Assembly: GCF_006345805.1 (NCBI RefSeq)
Contig: NW_021827493.1
Span: forward strand, 1 to 28,422
Origin: Octopus sinensis
Taxonomy: Eukaryota
DNA: 28,422 nt
Reading direction: 5' to 3'
Made by a program: the position numbers and the translations under genes. Of this stretch, positions 1-11,473 are shown piece by piece. How positions within the stretch are numbered: the first letter of the stretch is position 1; each line of letters starts with the position of its first letter. The notes under the pieces were generated by a model that saw nothing but the letters and a program-made list of their open reading frames with translations, did not search any database and was not told the origin of the DNA.

Positions 1-226
1 TTAGTGTTTCATGTTTACTTTGTCTTGCTTTTTTTTATGTTTGTTCGAGATATTGATTTACCTTTTATTTGTTTCTTTTTTTTTCTCTCTTTCTTTCTTC
101 GATGTGTAATCATAATTACACAAAATGCTGAAATTCCATATGCTTCTGTTATTTATAGTGGCATGCATATTACAAACCCAGCTGCCACCACCGCGGCCAT
201 CTTTTAACATTCACTCATTTCAGTTG

Positions 227-476
227 TTAGAGTATGGCCATTTTTTAGAGTGTGGCCATTTTTTTTATAGTGTGGCCATTTTTTATAGTGTGGCCATTTT
301 TTATAGTGTGGCCATTTTTGGAGTGTGGCCATTTTTTATAGAGTGGCCATTTTTAGAGTGTGACCTTTTTTAGAGTATGGCCATTTTTAGAGTGTGACCT
401 TTTTTAGAGTGTGGCCAATTTTTAGAGTGTGGCCATTTTTTAGAGTATGGCCATTTTTTAGAGTGTGGCCATTTTT
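227..476. repeat. Minisatellite, 14 units of ~18 bp (TAGAGTGTGGCCATTTTT)
   Basis: 14 consecutive AGAGTGTGGCCA(T)n units counted directly; variants include TATGGCC and TGTGACC. Confidence 0.95.
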
Positions 477-716
477 AAGTCGAACGAATCGATCCCAGTG
501 CTTATGTTTCCTTTTTAAGCCCGATATTTATTCTACAGTTCTCTTTTGCCGAACAGCTACGTTACGGGGGCGTAAATAAACCAACACTGGTTGTCAAGCG
601 CGGTGGGGGACAAAGACACTCACATACACACTTGCCCAACGTGCCACACAGTGAAACTGAACCCGGAATCGTGTGGCTGAGAAGCAAACTTCTAACCACA
701 TAACCACACCTTTGCC
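477..716 (-). mobile_element. tRNA-derived SINE (Octopus-type), internally deleted
   Basis: Minus strand reads GTGGTTAGAAGTTTGCTTCTCAGCCACACGATTCCGGGTTCAGTTTCAC (A/B-box-like head) joined to the CGCTTGACAACC...TTCGGCAAAAGAG...CGATTCGTTCGAC body, shared with copies at 13687 and 14745. Confidence 0.8.
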
Positions 717-739
717 AATAATATATATACTCCTTTATC

Positions 740-1188
740 CTTTTATTCTTTTCAGGCACTTAACTGCGGTCATGCTGGAGCACCGCTTTTAATCGAACAA
801 ATTGATCCAAGGACCCATTCTTTCTAAACCCAGTACTTATTCTATCTATCTCTTTTTGCCGAACCGCTAAGTTAGTAATTATATATTTACTAATTATATA
901 CTATTTATTTATTATTTAGTACTTTATTTAATTCTAGGTAAATGTTTTATTGTATCTTAAATTTTTTCCTATGTGGTATGATTTAAGTATATCATTGTTG
1001 AATTGCTTCATGGTAGTTCTTCTCTAATTTATATATATATATATATACGACGGGTTTCTTTCAGTTTCCGTCTACCAAATCCACTCTCAAGGCTCTGGTC
1101 GGCCCGAAGCTATAGTAGAAGAAACTTGCACAAGGTGCCACGCAGTTGCACTGAACCTGGAAACCATAGTAGTACTAACACAGCCACT
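740..1188 (-). mobile_element. SINE of the same family, split by ~170 bp of AT-rich sequence
   Basis: 3' part at 740-874 (GCGGTGCTCCAGCATGACCGCAG, TTAGCGGTTCGGCAAAA) and 5' part at 1046-1188 (GGCACCTTGTGCAAG...GGTAGACGGAAACTGAAAGAAACCCGTCG). Confidence 0.8.
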
Positions 1189-1425
1189 CCGATATATATA
1201 CAATAGCTATATATATTATATATAGACATATATATATATATATATATAGATAGATATATATATATATATAAAGTATATATAATGTATTGTTCCCTGACAG
1301 AAAATTCAATAATAAAAGTACTCCATCTGATGAGAGATATTATTTATTAAAGAATTCAGTATTAAAGAATTCAGGCTACGAAAGGTCTTTGTATATTTTT
1401 GTTGGTCGTAATCATTCATACCAGT

Positions 1426-1525
1426 ATGTAATTCCTGATGAGGAATCTAATTTGTATTTCATGAAGAGTTTTCGTCGTTGTCTTTAGAATTAATCAGACT
1501 TCGAAACAATTTGTAGAATGTATAT
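1426..1525 (+). ncRNA. Type I hammerhead ribozyme motif, canonical core
   Basis: Stem I ATTC(1431-34)/GAAT(1516-19), extendable past a bulge; CUGAUGA 1435-41; stem II GGAATCT/AGACTTC (6 of 7 paired, G10.1-C11.1 intact); GAAA 1503-06; short stem III CAATTTG; cleavage triplet GUA 1513-15. Confidence 0.75.
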
Positions 1526-1650
1526 TAGTTCTGTACCAACTTGGATTTGAATTGAGGTTCATCTACCTAACAATTTTTTTTTTTTCCTTATACTTCATTT
1601 GTATACATATATATATGTGTGTGTGTGGTAATATATATATATATATATAG

Positions 1651-1682
<32 letters not shown>

Positions 1683-1686
1683 TATA

Positions 1687-1740
1687 AACAAAAACTGTCT
1701 GATGAACGGCAACGAGAAACTCAGAGTAACAGATTTTGTT
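1687..1740 (+). ncRNA. Minimal type I hammerhead ribozyme motif (one mismatch at the base of stem II)
   Basis: Stem I AACAAAAACTGT/ACAGATTTTGTT (11 of 12 bp); CUGAUGA 1699-1705; stem II A-CG-[GCAA]-CG-A; GAAA 1716-19; quasi-palindromic CTCAGAG; GUA 1726-28; AATAAA at 1759-64. Confidence 0.7.
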
Positions 1741-1765
1741 GAATTTTCTGCTGCTTTAAATAAAG

Positions 1766-1798
<33 letters not shown>

Positions 1799-1899
1799 AA
1801 GCATACGGGTGTATGTGTATGTGTGTGTTTGCGTGTGTGAGAGAGAGAGAGAGAGAGGAAAAGTGGAGTGCCACAATACAGGAAACGTTTACAAGGAAG

Positions 1900-2650
1900 G
1901 AAAAGAGCTTTTGGAAAGCAATATTCTTCAAGAGATGGTCGATTATTCCTAGTCTTTCTTCTGTTATTTCTCTCGGCAATTCTTTAGATATAGAAATAAA
2001 TAGTAAAATATGTAAAGCATCTATAACCTTTTCGAAAACTTGAAACAAAGTGTTTGGTTAAATTATGATTTAAAGCTCACATCTAAATCTATCAATATAT
2101 CGATCTTTTTTTTTTTTCTCATCCACAAAATTTCTATATTCGTTCGAAACATCAACATCATAGCATCGGCATGATTGTCTTTGAGAGGTTTCACCCGAAT
2201 ATTTTATGCGGAATTGTCAAGCTATGATGGCTAAGTCGTATATACAAGATGCTGTTGCGGTGGAAATGGCTGACTTACTAAGCGACTTTGCTCATTCTCT
2301 GTTAAGTCAAATATACTTGTTATATCATCTTGTAACAATGGATGATTTTTATAATTCCGAAACAGAATTTTTACAGTGAATTAAGCAGAGGCATGCGGCC
2401 AAAAAAGCAGTTTAAAGATATGTTCAAAGGAAACATCCTACCATATTAAAACTGTTCTCTAGGAATGCGAGGAAAAAAAAAGTACGAGTATGATGATTTA
2501 TGAAGGAAAACAATGAAATTGAAAAAAAAGAACATCGTTTGTACTGGACTGCGCTGAAAAAAATAATAAAACAGAGGTACATTCATATATGAAATAGAAG
2601 ATGTGAATATTTAATTCGGAAATATCGGGCTGGTTGTTCAATATGCAGGA
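1900..2650 (+). mobile_element. RTE-clade LINE ORF2 C-terminal fragment, decayed
   Basis: Frameshifted pieces SVISLGNSLDIEINSKICKAS, LERFH and MDD..IPKQNFYSELSRG..RPKKQFKDMFK match the RTE post-RT region (LD.EI..RI.KAS; LERFH..CLR; MDD.R.PK..FY.EL..G.R..GRPKKRFKD). Confidence 0.75.
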
Positions 2651-2907
2651 GAATTTCGAAGTCTGCTTTTGTGAAGCATCAGAGAGCACAGTTTCTCAAA
2701 GAATCTTTGAGGAAATACATGGTCTCTACATTAAAAGGTTACATATTTACACATCTCATTTCGATTATGGTCGTCAACAAGACAAAAGGACAGCTTAGAC
2801 ACGTTGAACGAAATGCTTGAAATCGCATCTGAATCACCCTCAAATCATACCTTATCGCTTTAAGAAAATAAACGATGCAACGTAGTCCCTTATACACACA
2901 CATACAC

Positions 2908-2947
<40 letters not shown>

Positions 2948-2949
<2 letters not shown>

Positions 2950-3110
2950 CGGGCTTCTTTCAGTTTCCGTTTACCACATCCACTCACAAGGCTTTGGTCG
3001 GCCCGAGGCTATAGTAGAAGACACTTGCACTACGTGCCACGCTATGGGACTGAACCCAGAGCCATGTCGTTGGGAAGCAAGCTTCTTACCACAGACACGC
3101 CTGCGCCTGT
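2948..3110 (-). mobile_element. SINE 5' half
   Basis: Minus strand GTGGTAAGAAGCTTGCTTCCCAAC...GGGTTCAGTCCCA...GCAAGTGTCTTCTACTATAGCCTCGGGCCGACCAAAGCCTTGTGAGTGGA. Confidence 0.85.
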
Positions 3111-3158
3111 GTATATATATATATATAATATATTATATATATAATATAATTGGTGTGT

Positions 3159-3193
<35 letters not shown>

Positions 3194-4020
3194 ATGTATG
3201 TATGTACCTATGTATGTAAGGTGTATTTCTATGTATATATGCATGTATGTATATAAGTATCCATCTGAGCATGCAAATGTATACTTTCGAAAGCAAAAAT
3301 CGAAATATAAGCCAACAACTCCCCTACAACTTCCACTATGATTATCAACTTATCAACACCAGGAACAATACAACCAAACTAGCAACATTACCACCACCAC
3401 CACCACCACCACCACCACACCAGTTGAAGACCATAAGTATAGCATTACAGAAATTTCCTTGCTAAAATCTACCATAGAAGTGTTGGAGAAGCTATAGAAG
3501 ACTCTGACAACCTCCAGGTTTTCTTAAACTGGATCGATACGAACTGGAATCGATTTCCTAAGTGGATACACAGATCCCCGATTCTAGAATAAATTCGAGG
3601 AAATCTGTTAGACCATTACGTTTGAAAACCTCTGGTAATATGTTGAAATAATACATTACAGAACAATTCTGCAATTACTATAGACAGTAATGCTTGACCG
3701 TCTGTTACCATTATGTAAATTTAGTTGTGCTATTGATAATCTTCTTTATATTTTCTGTAAGTAGCGCCACGCTGCGGCGAGGCTGATGTTTTGAATTATG
3801 TGTAGAGTCCGTTCGACCGGATTCAAGCGTGTCTGTTTAATTTCACATATGAAATTTGGGTCGAACCGAGACAAGGGTAAAAGAAACTTGCTCGAGTTGC
3901 CTCACAGAGAAATCACAACCGAGTATTTGTAGCAGCGAACTGAACTCCTTTAACAATCGGTCATGTTTCATGGATATTTGTGTGCACATATGCGTCAAAG
4001 ACTAGATAGATAGATAGAGA

Positions 4021-4065
<45 letters not shown>

Positions 4066-4066
<1 letters not shown>

Positions 4067-4218
4067 GAGATAAGACTTTGCTCTGCAACCACATATTCCG
4101 AGTTCACCTCCGTTGCATGACACTTTGGACACCTTTCCTCTACAATAGCCCCGATCGACGAAAACCTTGTGAATAGATTTCTTAGACGAAAGCAGAAAGA
4201 AGCTCATTGCATTTACAT

Positions 4219-4277
<59 letters not shown>

Positions 4278-4505
4278 CGTTTGCTGTGTGTGTGTGTGTG
4301 TGTGTGGTGTGTGTGGTGTGTGTGTGAGTGAGTGCGCATGTGTGTGTGTTTCTTTGCCTTTGTTCTCCACCATCGCCTGGCTATCGTTGTTGGTTTGTTT
4401 GCGTCCCCGAAATTATAGGGTCGATGTGTTCAACTAAAACTTTCAACACAGTGCTCCAGCATAGCCGCAGTCTAATTGCTGAAACAAGTAAAACAATAAA
4501 ACAAT
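4066..4505 (+). mobile_element. Degenerate SINE with an internal (GT)n expansion
   Basis: Head TAAGACTTTGCTCTGCAACCACATATTCCGAGTTCA; (GT)n at 4219-4350; tail GTGCTCCAGCATAGCCGCAGTCTAATTGCTGAAACAAGTAAAA. Confidence 0.75.
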
Positions 4506-4522
4506 GATGGTGGGTGGGTGAT

Positions 4523-4860
4523 GACGCATAGGTCAGTGGTTAGAGCATTGGACCTACAATCGTGAGGTTGTGAGTTCGATTCTCGTATGGGGTTGTGTGT
4601 TGTGTTCTTGAGCAAGACACTCTATTTCACGTTGCTCCAGATCACTCAGCTGTAGAAATGAGTTGCGAAGTCACTGGAGCCAGACTGTATCGGCCCCTTT
4701 GCCTTTCTCTTGGATAACATCGGTGCCGTGGAGAGGGGAGGATGGTATGCATGGGCGACTGCTGGCCTTCCATAAAGAGTTTTGACCGGACTTGTGCCTC
4801 CGAGGGAGGGGAAGTTTCTTGGTACAACTCCATGGTCATTTGTAACTGAAGAGCTTCTTT
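4523..4860 (+). mobile_element. tRNA-head SINE of a second family (CORE-like central domain)
   Basis: A box TCAGTGGTTAGAGC and B box GAGTTCGATTC, followed by TTGAGCAAGACACT...CACTCAGCTGTAGAAATGAG, which resembles the CORE domain. Confidence 0.75.
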
Positions 4861-4986
4861 TATATGTGTGTGTGCATTTTATGTATGTATACGTACCATA
4901 TAAGTGTGTAATATATATATATATATATATATATGCACGCACACATTGCATATATATATATATATACACGTACATTTATACGTACG

Positions 4987-5031
<45 letters not shown>

Positions 5032-5198
5032 TAGATAGATAATAGATATAGATATAGATAGATAAGATAGATAGATAGATAGATAGATATATAGATATAG
5101 ATATATATATCTAGATATTATATATATATAATATATATATATATATATTATATATATATATATATTATATATATATAGTATATATACATATGTGTGTG

Positions 5199-5230
<32 letters not shown>

Positions 5231-5420
5231 TTCTACTCAGCCTTAGTTTTTTATCTCATTGCGAAAAAAATATATATATATACATATATATATATATGCA
5301 CGCACACATTACATATATATATACACGTACATATATCTGTAGGTATGTGTGCGCACGCGCGCGCGCATGTGTGTATGTGTATGTGTGTGTATACTATGAT
5401 GTATATTGATAGTGATGTGT
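4860..5420. repeat. Compound (TA)n/(GA)n/(GATA)n/(TG)n microsatellite tract
   Basis: Read directly. Confidence 0.95.
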
Positions 5421-5827
5421 GAAGCTATCTTCTTGTTTCGTGTGTTAATTTCAATCTAGCAAGCGTTATTCAAAATGTCAATGCTTTAGATTATCTTCCC
5501 AACATTATCAATATCAAACTCATCTCCGAAAATAGCGCCTTAAATATTTATTTCTTATTTTATGACTTCAAAAATTCCAGTTCGTTCATAGAATTATTTA
5601 CACTCAGAGCCACTGCAACAGATTGCGTGGTTTTTCGGTTTCTGTTGCAGCTGTTCTGTGTTGGTTTGCTGAACCGTAAATACAGAAATATAATTCATTG
5701 TACAAGATTTATATATGCAAAGGTTCATACGTACAGACATACGCACGGAGGCGCATAAACACACACATACATACACATATGCGTAAATGCACGCATATAC
5801 ATACATTTAGATAAGTGGATCTTGACT

Positions 5828-5836
5828 GTGAGTCTT

Positions 5837-5903
<67 letters not shown>

Positions 5904-6314
5904 CGGGAAATACCGAGACCGAGGGTGAGAGACAGACAGAAACACATACATACAACATACATACATACATACATACATACATACATACGTACGTACGTAC
6001 GTACGTACGACATACATACATACATACATACATACATACATACATACATGCATGCATACATACATACATACACACACACATACATACATACATACATACA
6101 CACACGTAAATACACACATATATACATACATACACACACACATACATACATACATACATACATACATACACACACACATACATACATACATACATACATA
6201 CATACATACAAACATACAAACACACACACATACATACATACATACATACATATATACATACATACATACATACATATATACATACATACATACATACATA
6301 CATACATACATACA

Positions 6315-6348
<34 letters not shown>

Positions 6349-6356
6349 CATACATA
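5828..6356. repeat. (GATA)n followed by (TACA)n/(CA)n/(CGTA)n microsatellites
   Basis: Read directly; source of the YVCM/HTYI ORFs. Confidence 0.95.
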
Positions 6357-6419
6357 GTATGTAGTAGTCCTCTCCTCCAAAATTTCCGGCCTTGTGCCTA
6401 GAGTAGAAAAGTATATTGT

Positions 6420-7060
6420 TCCGGAAAGGTGTGGCTCCCGCGATACAGTCTGTCCTTCAGGACTGAGATGACACGCTGATGATAGTGAACGTGACCAGCA
6501 GTGTAGATCATATTTTCAGGATAGTCGCCGTCTACACATGAAAAGAGTCAACATTTGTGTGGGTTGAGGAGTAGTGGAGTTGCTAAGGAAGGACTGAAAA
6601 AAGTCTCACATTGATTTTTGATGTAAAACTCGAAGGATTTCAAGATTTAGTCCACTAATTACCGAAATAGATTAGTGCTTGTCGCCAGTAATCTAGTTGG
6701 AGATTCGAAGACATACGCCATTCTGAACCGGGCGCTTGGCATGAGGAATGTCACTATATGCTCACAGCCCACTGTTAGTTGGGCGATGCGGTCATCAGAA
6801 ATTCCACATTGACATTCTATAGAAAATTAGAGACTGAAAAGGTGTCTCAGATGCGAACAAAGCGACGAAAGTGTTCTGCATACACGCAGCTAAAACCCGA
6901 ATATTGCTGTCTTAAGGAGTTATGTCGAACACTTGTCAAAAACCTGCTGGCACCTGACTCCATTGGGAAGATTACCCGTTGTCTACGTGTGGTCGAGGAG
7001 GTCAAGAAATTTTTAACTCTCCGGTGGCTTGGCAAACGAGATTGTGTGGTGAAAGATCTG
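6420..7060 (+). mobile_element. L1/Tx1-like LINE ORF2 fragment (APE endonuclease and linker), decayed with deletions
   Basis: Pieces LMIVNVTSSVDHIFRIVAVY (cf. FRLVAVYAP), EPGAWH (cf. GPGYWK), LGDAVIRN and GKIT..EEV appear in colinear order. Confidence 0.6.
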
Positions 7061-7199
7061 TTTCTTTTGTTTTTTTTTTAATTATCAAGTTTCACTCGAA
7101 AAGAAATAGAAAGTTTGTCTAAAAGTAGATGAGAGTAGCAAGCATGGGCCGAGTGAATTCGCCAGCATTGAGTATGCATCTGTAGGTTGGAGAACAGCT

Positions 7200-7400
7200 A
7201 AAAAATGACATTATTGTTAGTTGTTTGGGTGACGGACGTTTTTGTGGTGTTTCTATATGTAGCCCTTGGACGAGACTCCTTTCGGGAAACTTATCTTTGC
7301 AAGAATATTTCCCATGGTTGCGCGTTTATTTATTTCTGTAATATCACACTGGATCGGACTGAGCTGTCATCGATCATTTTGTCAACTCTTAATAAAGAAA
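7200..7400 (+). mobile_element. Probable LINE 3' UTR remnant ending in AATAAAGAAAT
   Basis: TGTAGCCCTTGG...CCCATGGTTGCGCGTTTATTT...CTTAATAAAGAAAT; the AATAAAGAAAT ending also occurs in the SINE tails at 11474 (degenerate) and 13686. Confidence 0.45.
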
Positions 7401-7404
7401 TCGT

Positions 7405-7439
7405 TATCATTGTTATTATTATTATTATCATCATTATTA

Positions 7440-7470
<31 letters not shown>

Positions 7471-7514
7471 CATCATTATTATCATTATTATTATTATTAT
7501 TATCATCATTATTA

Positions 7515-7603
<89 letters not shown>

Positions 7604-7872
7604 ATATTCATATGCATATGTTTGAGCAAAATGATAATAAACAAAGAAAATACGCATGTGTGTATGTTAATATGCATATATGTGTGTGTGTGTACAAGAA
7701 TGTGTATGTGGTGTAGGTGTGTGTGTGAGTTGTCTGTGAGTGTGCCCGAGTGTGTCTCTGTGTGTGTGTGTGTGTGGTGTGGTGTGTGAGTGAAGCAGAA
7801 ATCTAATATGCAATTGAATTAGTGCTGCTGGTGAAAACATCAAATTATACATCTCCCTCCCTCTCTCCCTCA

Positions 7873-7904
<32 letters not shown>

Positions 7905-7908
7905 ATAT

Positions 7909-7976
<68 letters not shown>
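7405..7976. repeat. (ATT)n/(ATC)n, (GT)n and (CT)n microsatellites
   Basis: Read directly. Confidence 0.95.
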
Positions 7977-7980
<4 letters not shown>

Positions 7981-8329
7981 CTTTGTTGTTGTTTTTTTCT
8001 TTCACTCTCTGTAAATAGCATGAATGGAAATTCAAAAGTGACAAGAATGTAAATAGTTATTCAACGTTGTTATTTTCCTGTAGCAACATTTGGGAACTAA
8101 AATAGATAAAAGCCTGAAGTTATAATCCCAGAAAATACAACAGAGTGTGAGAGATTATTGAAAGTCACATAAATACTCGCTAAATCTCTATATTTATAAA
8201 TCTGACTTAAGCGAAGAAACACAGCAGAGCAAAATCTGTTACATAGATTTTTGGGGTTTATTTCTTTTGGTTTTTTGTTTTTTTCATAATATAATTCGCT
8301 CTTATTTTCGAGGGTTATTTTGAAAGCTA

Positions 8330-8687
8330 CGCACACATACACACACACACACACACACACATTCATACGCACGCACACACACATTCACACGCACTCATAC
8401 ACACATGTGCATATATATGTGTGGGTGTAGAAATATGAATATATACATACACATGCATATACATATATATATACATATGTACACACACACACACATATAT
8501 ATATATATACTGTATATATAAATATATATATATACACACCGTGTATGTGTGTGTGTGTGTGTGTGAGTGTGTGTGTGTATGGCTAGCTAGATATACGCAT
8601 GTATTTATGTGCTTACAAATCTATGCAATTCTATACGCATTAAGAAGAAATTTTAATATAACTATATGAGCATTGTAGAAATACACC

Positions 8688-8746
<59 letters not shown>

Positions 8747-8765
8747 AGGCATACGCACACACGCA
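8330..8765. repeat. (CA)n/(TA)n/(GT)n microsatellites
   Basis: Read directly. Confidence 0.9.
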
Positions 8766-10543
8766 TAGAAGCTAATAAGCTAGCTTGAATATAACGCTTT
8801 GGCAATGACATGCTTTTGGTCATTTGTTCTTTGTTTAATAAACTACAGCATCACTCTTTAATTTGGGATCTTTTTAAACATCCTGGTGTAACTTCGATAA
8901 AGTCACTCTGATCTGAACATTTATCTTGACAACTGAACAATGGTGTTTCGAGCCTTGCAAGCTTGTTCAATATAACGCTGTTAATGATATTAACATAAAC
9001 ATCTTTTGGAGCTAAAACAGCTATTACTAAAAGTTTTCTTTCGGGCAGAAATGCATTACTGTATGACATTTTTATGAAAAAAAAACCCAAAGAAATCATT
9101 TCCGATAAATCACAAATAACGTTAAATTCTTCAGGGATTTTAATTTCTCCATTTGTTTCTTCGGATGCATTGCCGTTTCCTCTCTCCACGAAGTATGAGG
9201 AATTTGAATTCAAATTGCTGCTTTTGTTCCTTCTCGTTATCTCCACACAATTTGAATCGCTTGTTTTCTGTCAATTGAAGCTTATTGACAAGCCTCCACA
9301 ATTATAAATTATCAAAACCGGCGTCGATAGTCTTTGTTCAGTTGTAATATTTAATCACAGCAAACGTTTGTCTAAAATACCCACTAAAAGCTATAAGTGC
9401 GCCCCCAAACTAATACGTTCGTGTCTTGACAGTTTGCATCTTTTTCGCTAAATCTTCCAGTATCTGTGGAAGGAAAACTGATTAACGTATTCTAAATAAT
9501 GGCACCAGCTTCAATTATATCCAGTGCCTTCTCACTCTTTCTTGTAGCACCATGAACCTTGTTGAACGGAATAGCTAATGCTAAATAAACTTTTTCTAAG
9601 CAAGTTGAGTCGGTCTTCTCTAAACCAGTATCATCCTTTGACTAGATTGGCGCATTCACTCTTTTCAACATTCAAAATACCCGGTAAATCAGTACAAATT
9701 AATTAATTAAAAGTAAATGTTAAATATAAAAAAAACAAAGGGAATCTTAATGAAAATCGTGTAATTTAAAGATTTTGGTGCAGTAATTCTTTTGACTTAC
9801 ACGAGAACGTTCATCAATACTGCATAAGGCCTAGCAGTATTACTGGTACAATATCTCCTTCAGGAACTGATGAAGGTGGCAACACATCTGGTTGTGTTTC
9901 AAATGTTTAACTCCAGTGTTGCACGTTTTTTAGCAATAATTTGTTTTAAAATATATCTTTCGAGATAAGCTGTTTTATATATCTGGGCTTTTCTTTCATA
10001 AATCTATCCTGCAGCAAATTATTTCTTGTTCGGTTATAAAATTGCGTTATTCTTGCACTTCACCTGTCAACTGCATTTGCTTCTTTTTGCTGCCTCTTCC
10101 TCATTTCCATTACCAATTTCTTTGCCATCTTCCTATCTCTAATCTCATCCATATTTTTCAATCCCTCAACATTATCTTATTATGGCTTATTATGGCAGCA
10201 AATCAATTTAATCATAAACGAATGATTATAGTTCATTTTTACTTTTTTTTTCTTTCAAAAACAAATCCTGTAAAGTCGTTCGTAGTTCGTTCACCAAATG
10301 TAGACTCAAATATCTGACATCAATTTATTCCACTCATTTTTTTTTTCAACTGTGAATACCTCCACAGACTTTCAAGTATCGGCAATGTAGAAGACCAATT
10401 CTCTCACATTAAATTCTCTAAGAAATTCTCGTACTGGTCTGTTGGTGTTAACTACACCTTTTGGTGCCCCATAAACAAAGTCTCCGAGTTAATGCAAAGC
10501 GAAAACATTTTTTGAGATGACGTTCTGTATCAGGATGTTCGGT

Positions 10544-10914
10544 GTGGAAGCACTCCGTCGGTTGCGACGGCGAGGGTTCCGGTTGATCCGATCAACGGAA
10601 CAGCCTGCTCGTGAAATTAACGTGTAAGTGGCTGAGCACTTCACAGACACGTGTACCCTTAACGTAGTTCTCGGGGATATTCAGCGTGACACAGAGAGTG
10701 ACAAGGCCGGCCCTTTGAAATACAGGTACAACAGAAACAGGAAGTAAGAGTGAGAGAAAGTTGTGGTGAAAGAGTACAGCAGGGATCACCACCATCCCCT
10801 GCCGGAGACTCGTGGAGCTTTTAGGTGTTTTCGCTCAATAAACACTCACAATGCCCGGTCTGGGAATCGAAACCGCGAGTCCGCTGCTCTAACCACTGGG
10901 CCATTGCGCCTCCA
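10544..10914 (-). mobile_element. Near-full-length tRNA-derived SINE with perfect 13-bp TSD
   Basis: CAGGATGTTCGGT at 10531-10543 and 10915-10927; minus-strand head TGGAGGCGCAATGGCCCAGTGGTTAGAGC...GGTTTCGATTCCC. Confidence 0.92.
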
Positions 10915-11473
10915 CAGGATGTTCGGTACAGTTTTCTAAAATAAGCATTATTTTAGAGTCATGGCCCAGGCCACGCGATTCAGGGTGATATCTGGCTTCT
11001 GAAATAAAGTATTTAGATATAATGATAATTGTAATTCTCTCCCTTTGTTGACCCAGTAAGTCATTCTCTATTAGTCATGCCTTGAAACGACGTGGAGCGT
11101 AATCTTTTGTTGATCATCAATAACTTTACTTATGAGCTTTTGAAACATCAGAGTTGCCCAGCAAAATGAAACGACCTCAGTTGTCAGTTCTTCTCAGTGT
11201 GCTTCTCCAACACAGTCTCATTAGCATTCTAGATCTCGGAGCCTCATTAACGTCGTTATTAATTGCAGCAGCTACCTCCTTCTCTGTTGAACATTTTTCA
11301 CTGCTCATTGCACAATATGTTAAGCCTTGTCGTTGTCTACTTGAACCAATGACACCCAAACTCACTATCATCACACTCGTAAAATCCGAGCCTTCATATT
11401 AGTTTAAAGTTGAAAGTTATTGAAGTTCTAGAGATGGATCTAAAATAGATAGTAGTGCCACTTGCTCATTACC

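Noticed and set aside
227-476. CRISPR-like array
   Set aside because: Units are contiguous with only T-run length variation and no unique spacers; eukaryotic context with no cas genes.
1320-1400. CTGATGA (1327-33) followed by CGAAA (~1379) as a fourth hammerhead
   Set aside because: Stems I, II and III do not pair convincingly; the interval holds only a 15-bp tandem duplication (TATTAAAGAATTCAG x2). At most a decayed remnant.
3420-3960. Possible CR1/L2 LINE 3' remnant
   Set aside because: Only faint 4-5 residue resemblances (e.g. DRIQ); not supportable without a search.
4523-4600. tRNA gene
   Set aside because: A and B boxes are present but there is no complete cloverleaf, and the sequence continues into a SINE body.
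5709-6401. Long YVCM/HTYI ORFs, and likewise the poly-I/L/Y/T ORFs at 7205-7789, 18764-19208, 24963-25844 and 27981-28413
   Set aside because: Translations of stop-free microsatellites, not genes.
9860-9900. CTGATGA followed by a GTG-GCAA-CAC hairpin
   Set aside because: No GAAA or stem III follows, and it is the antisense of a pseudogene frame (VLPPSSVPEG).
11310-11374. IVSLGVIGSSRQ as a mutated P-loop (GxxGxGKT)
   Set aside because: Needs two substitutions plus a frameshift; too much editing to support a GTPase/NTPase call.
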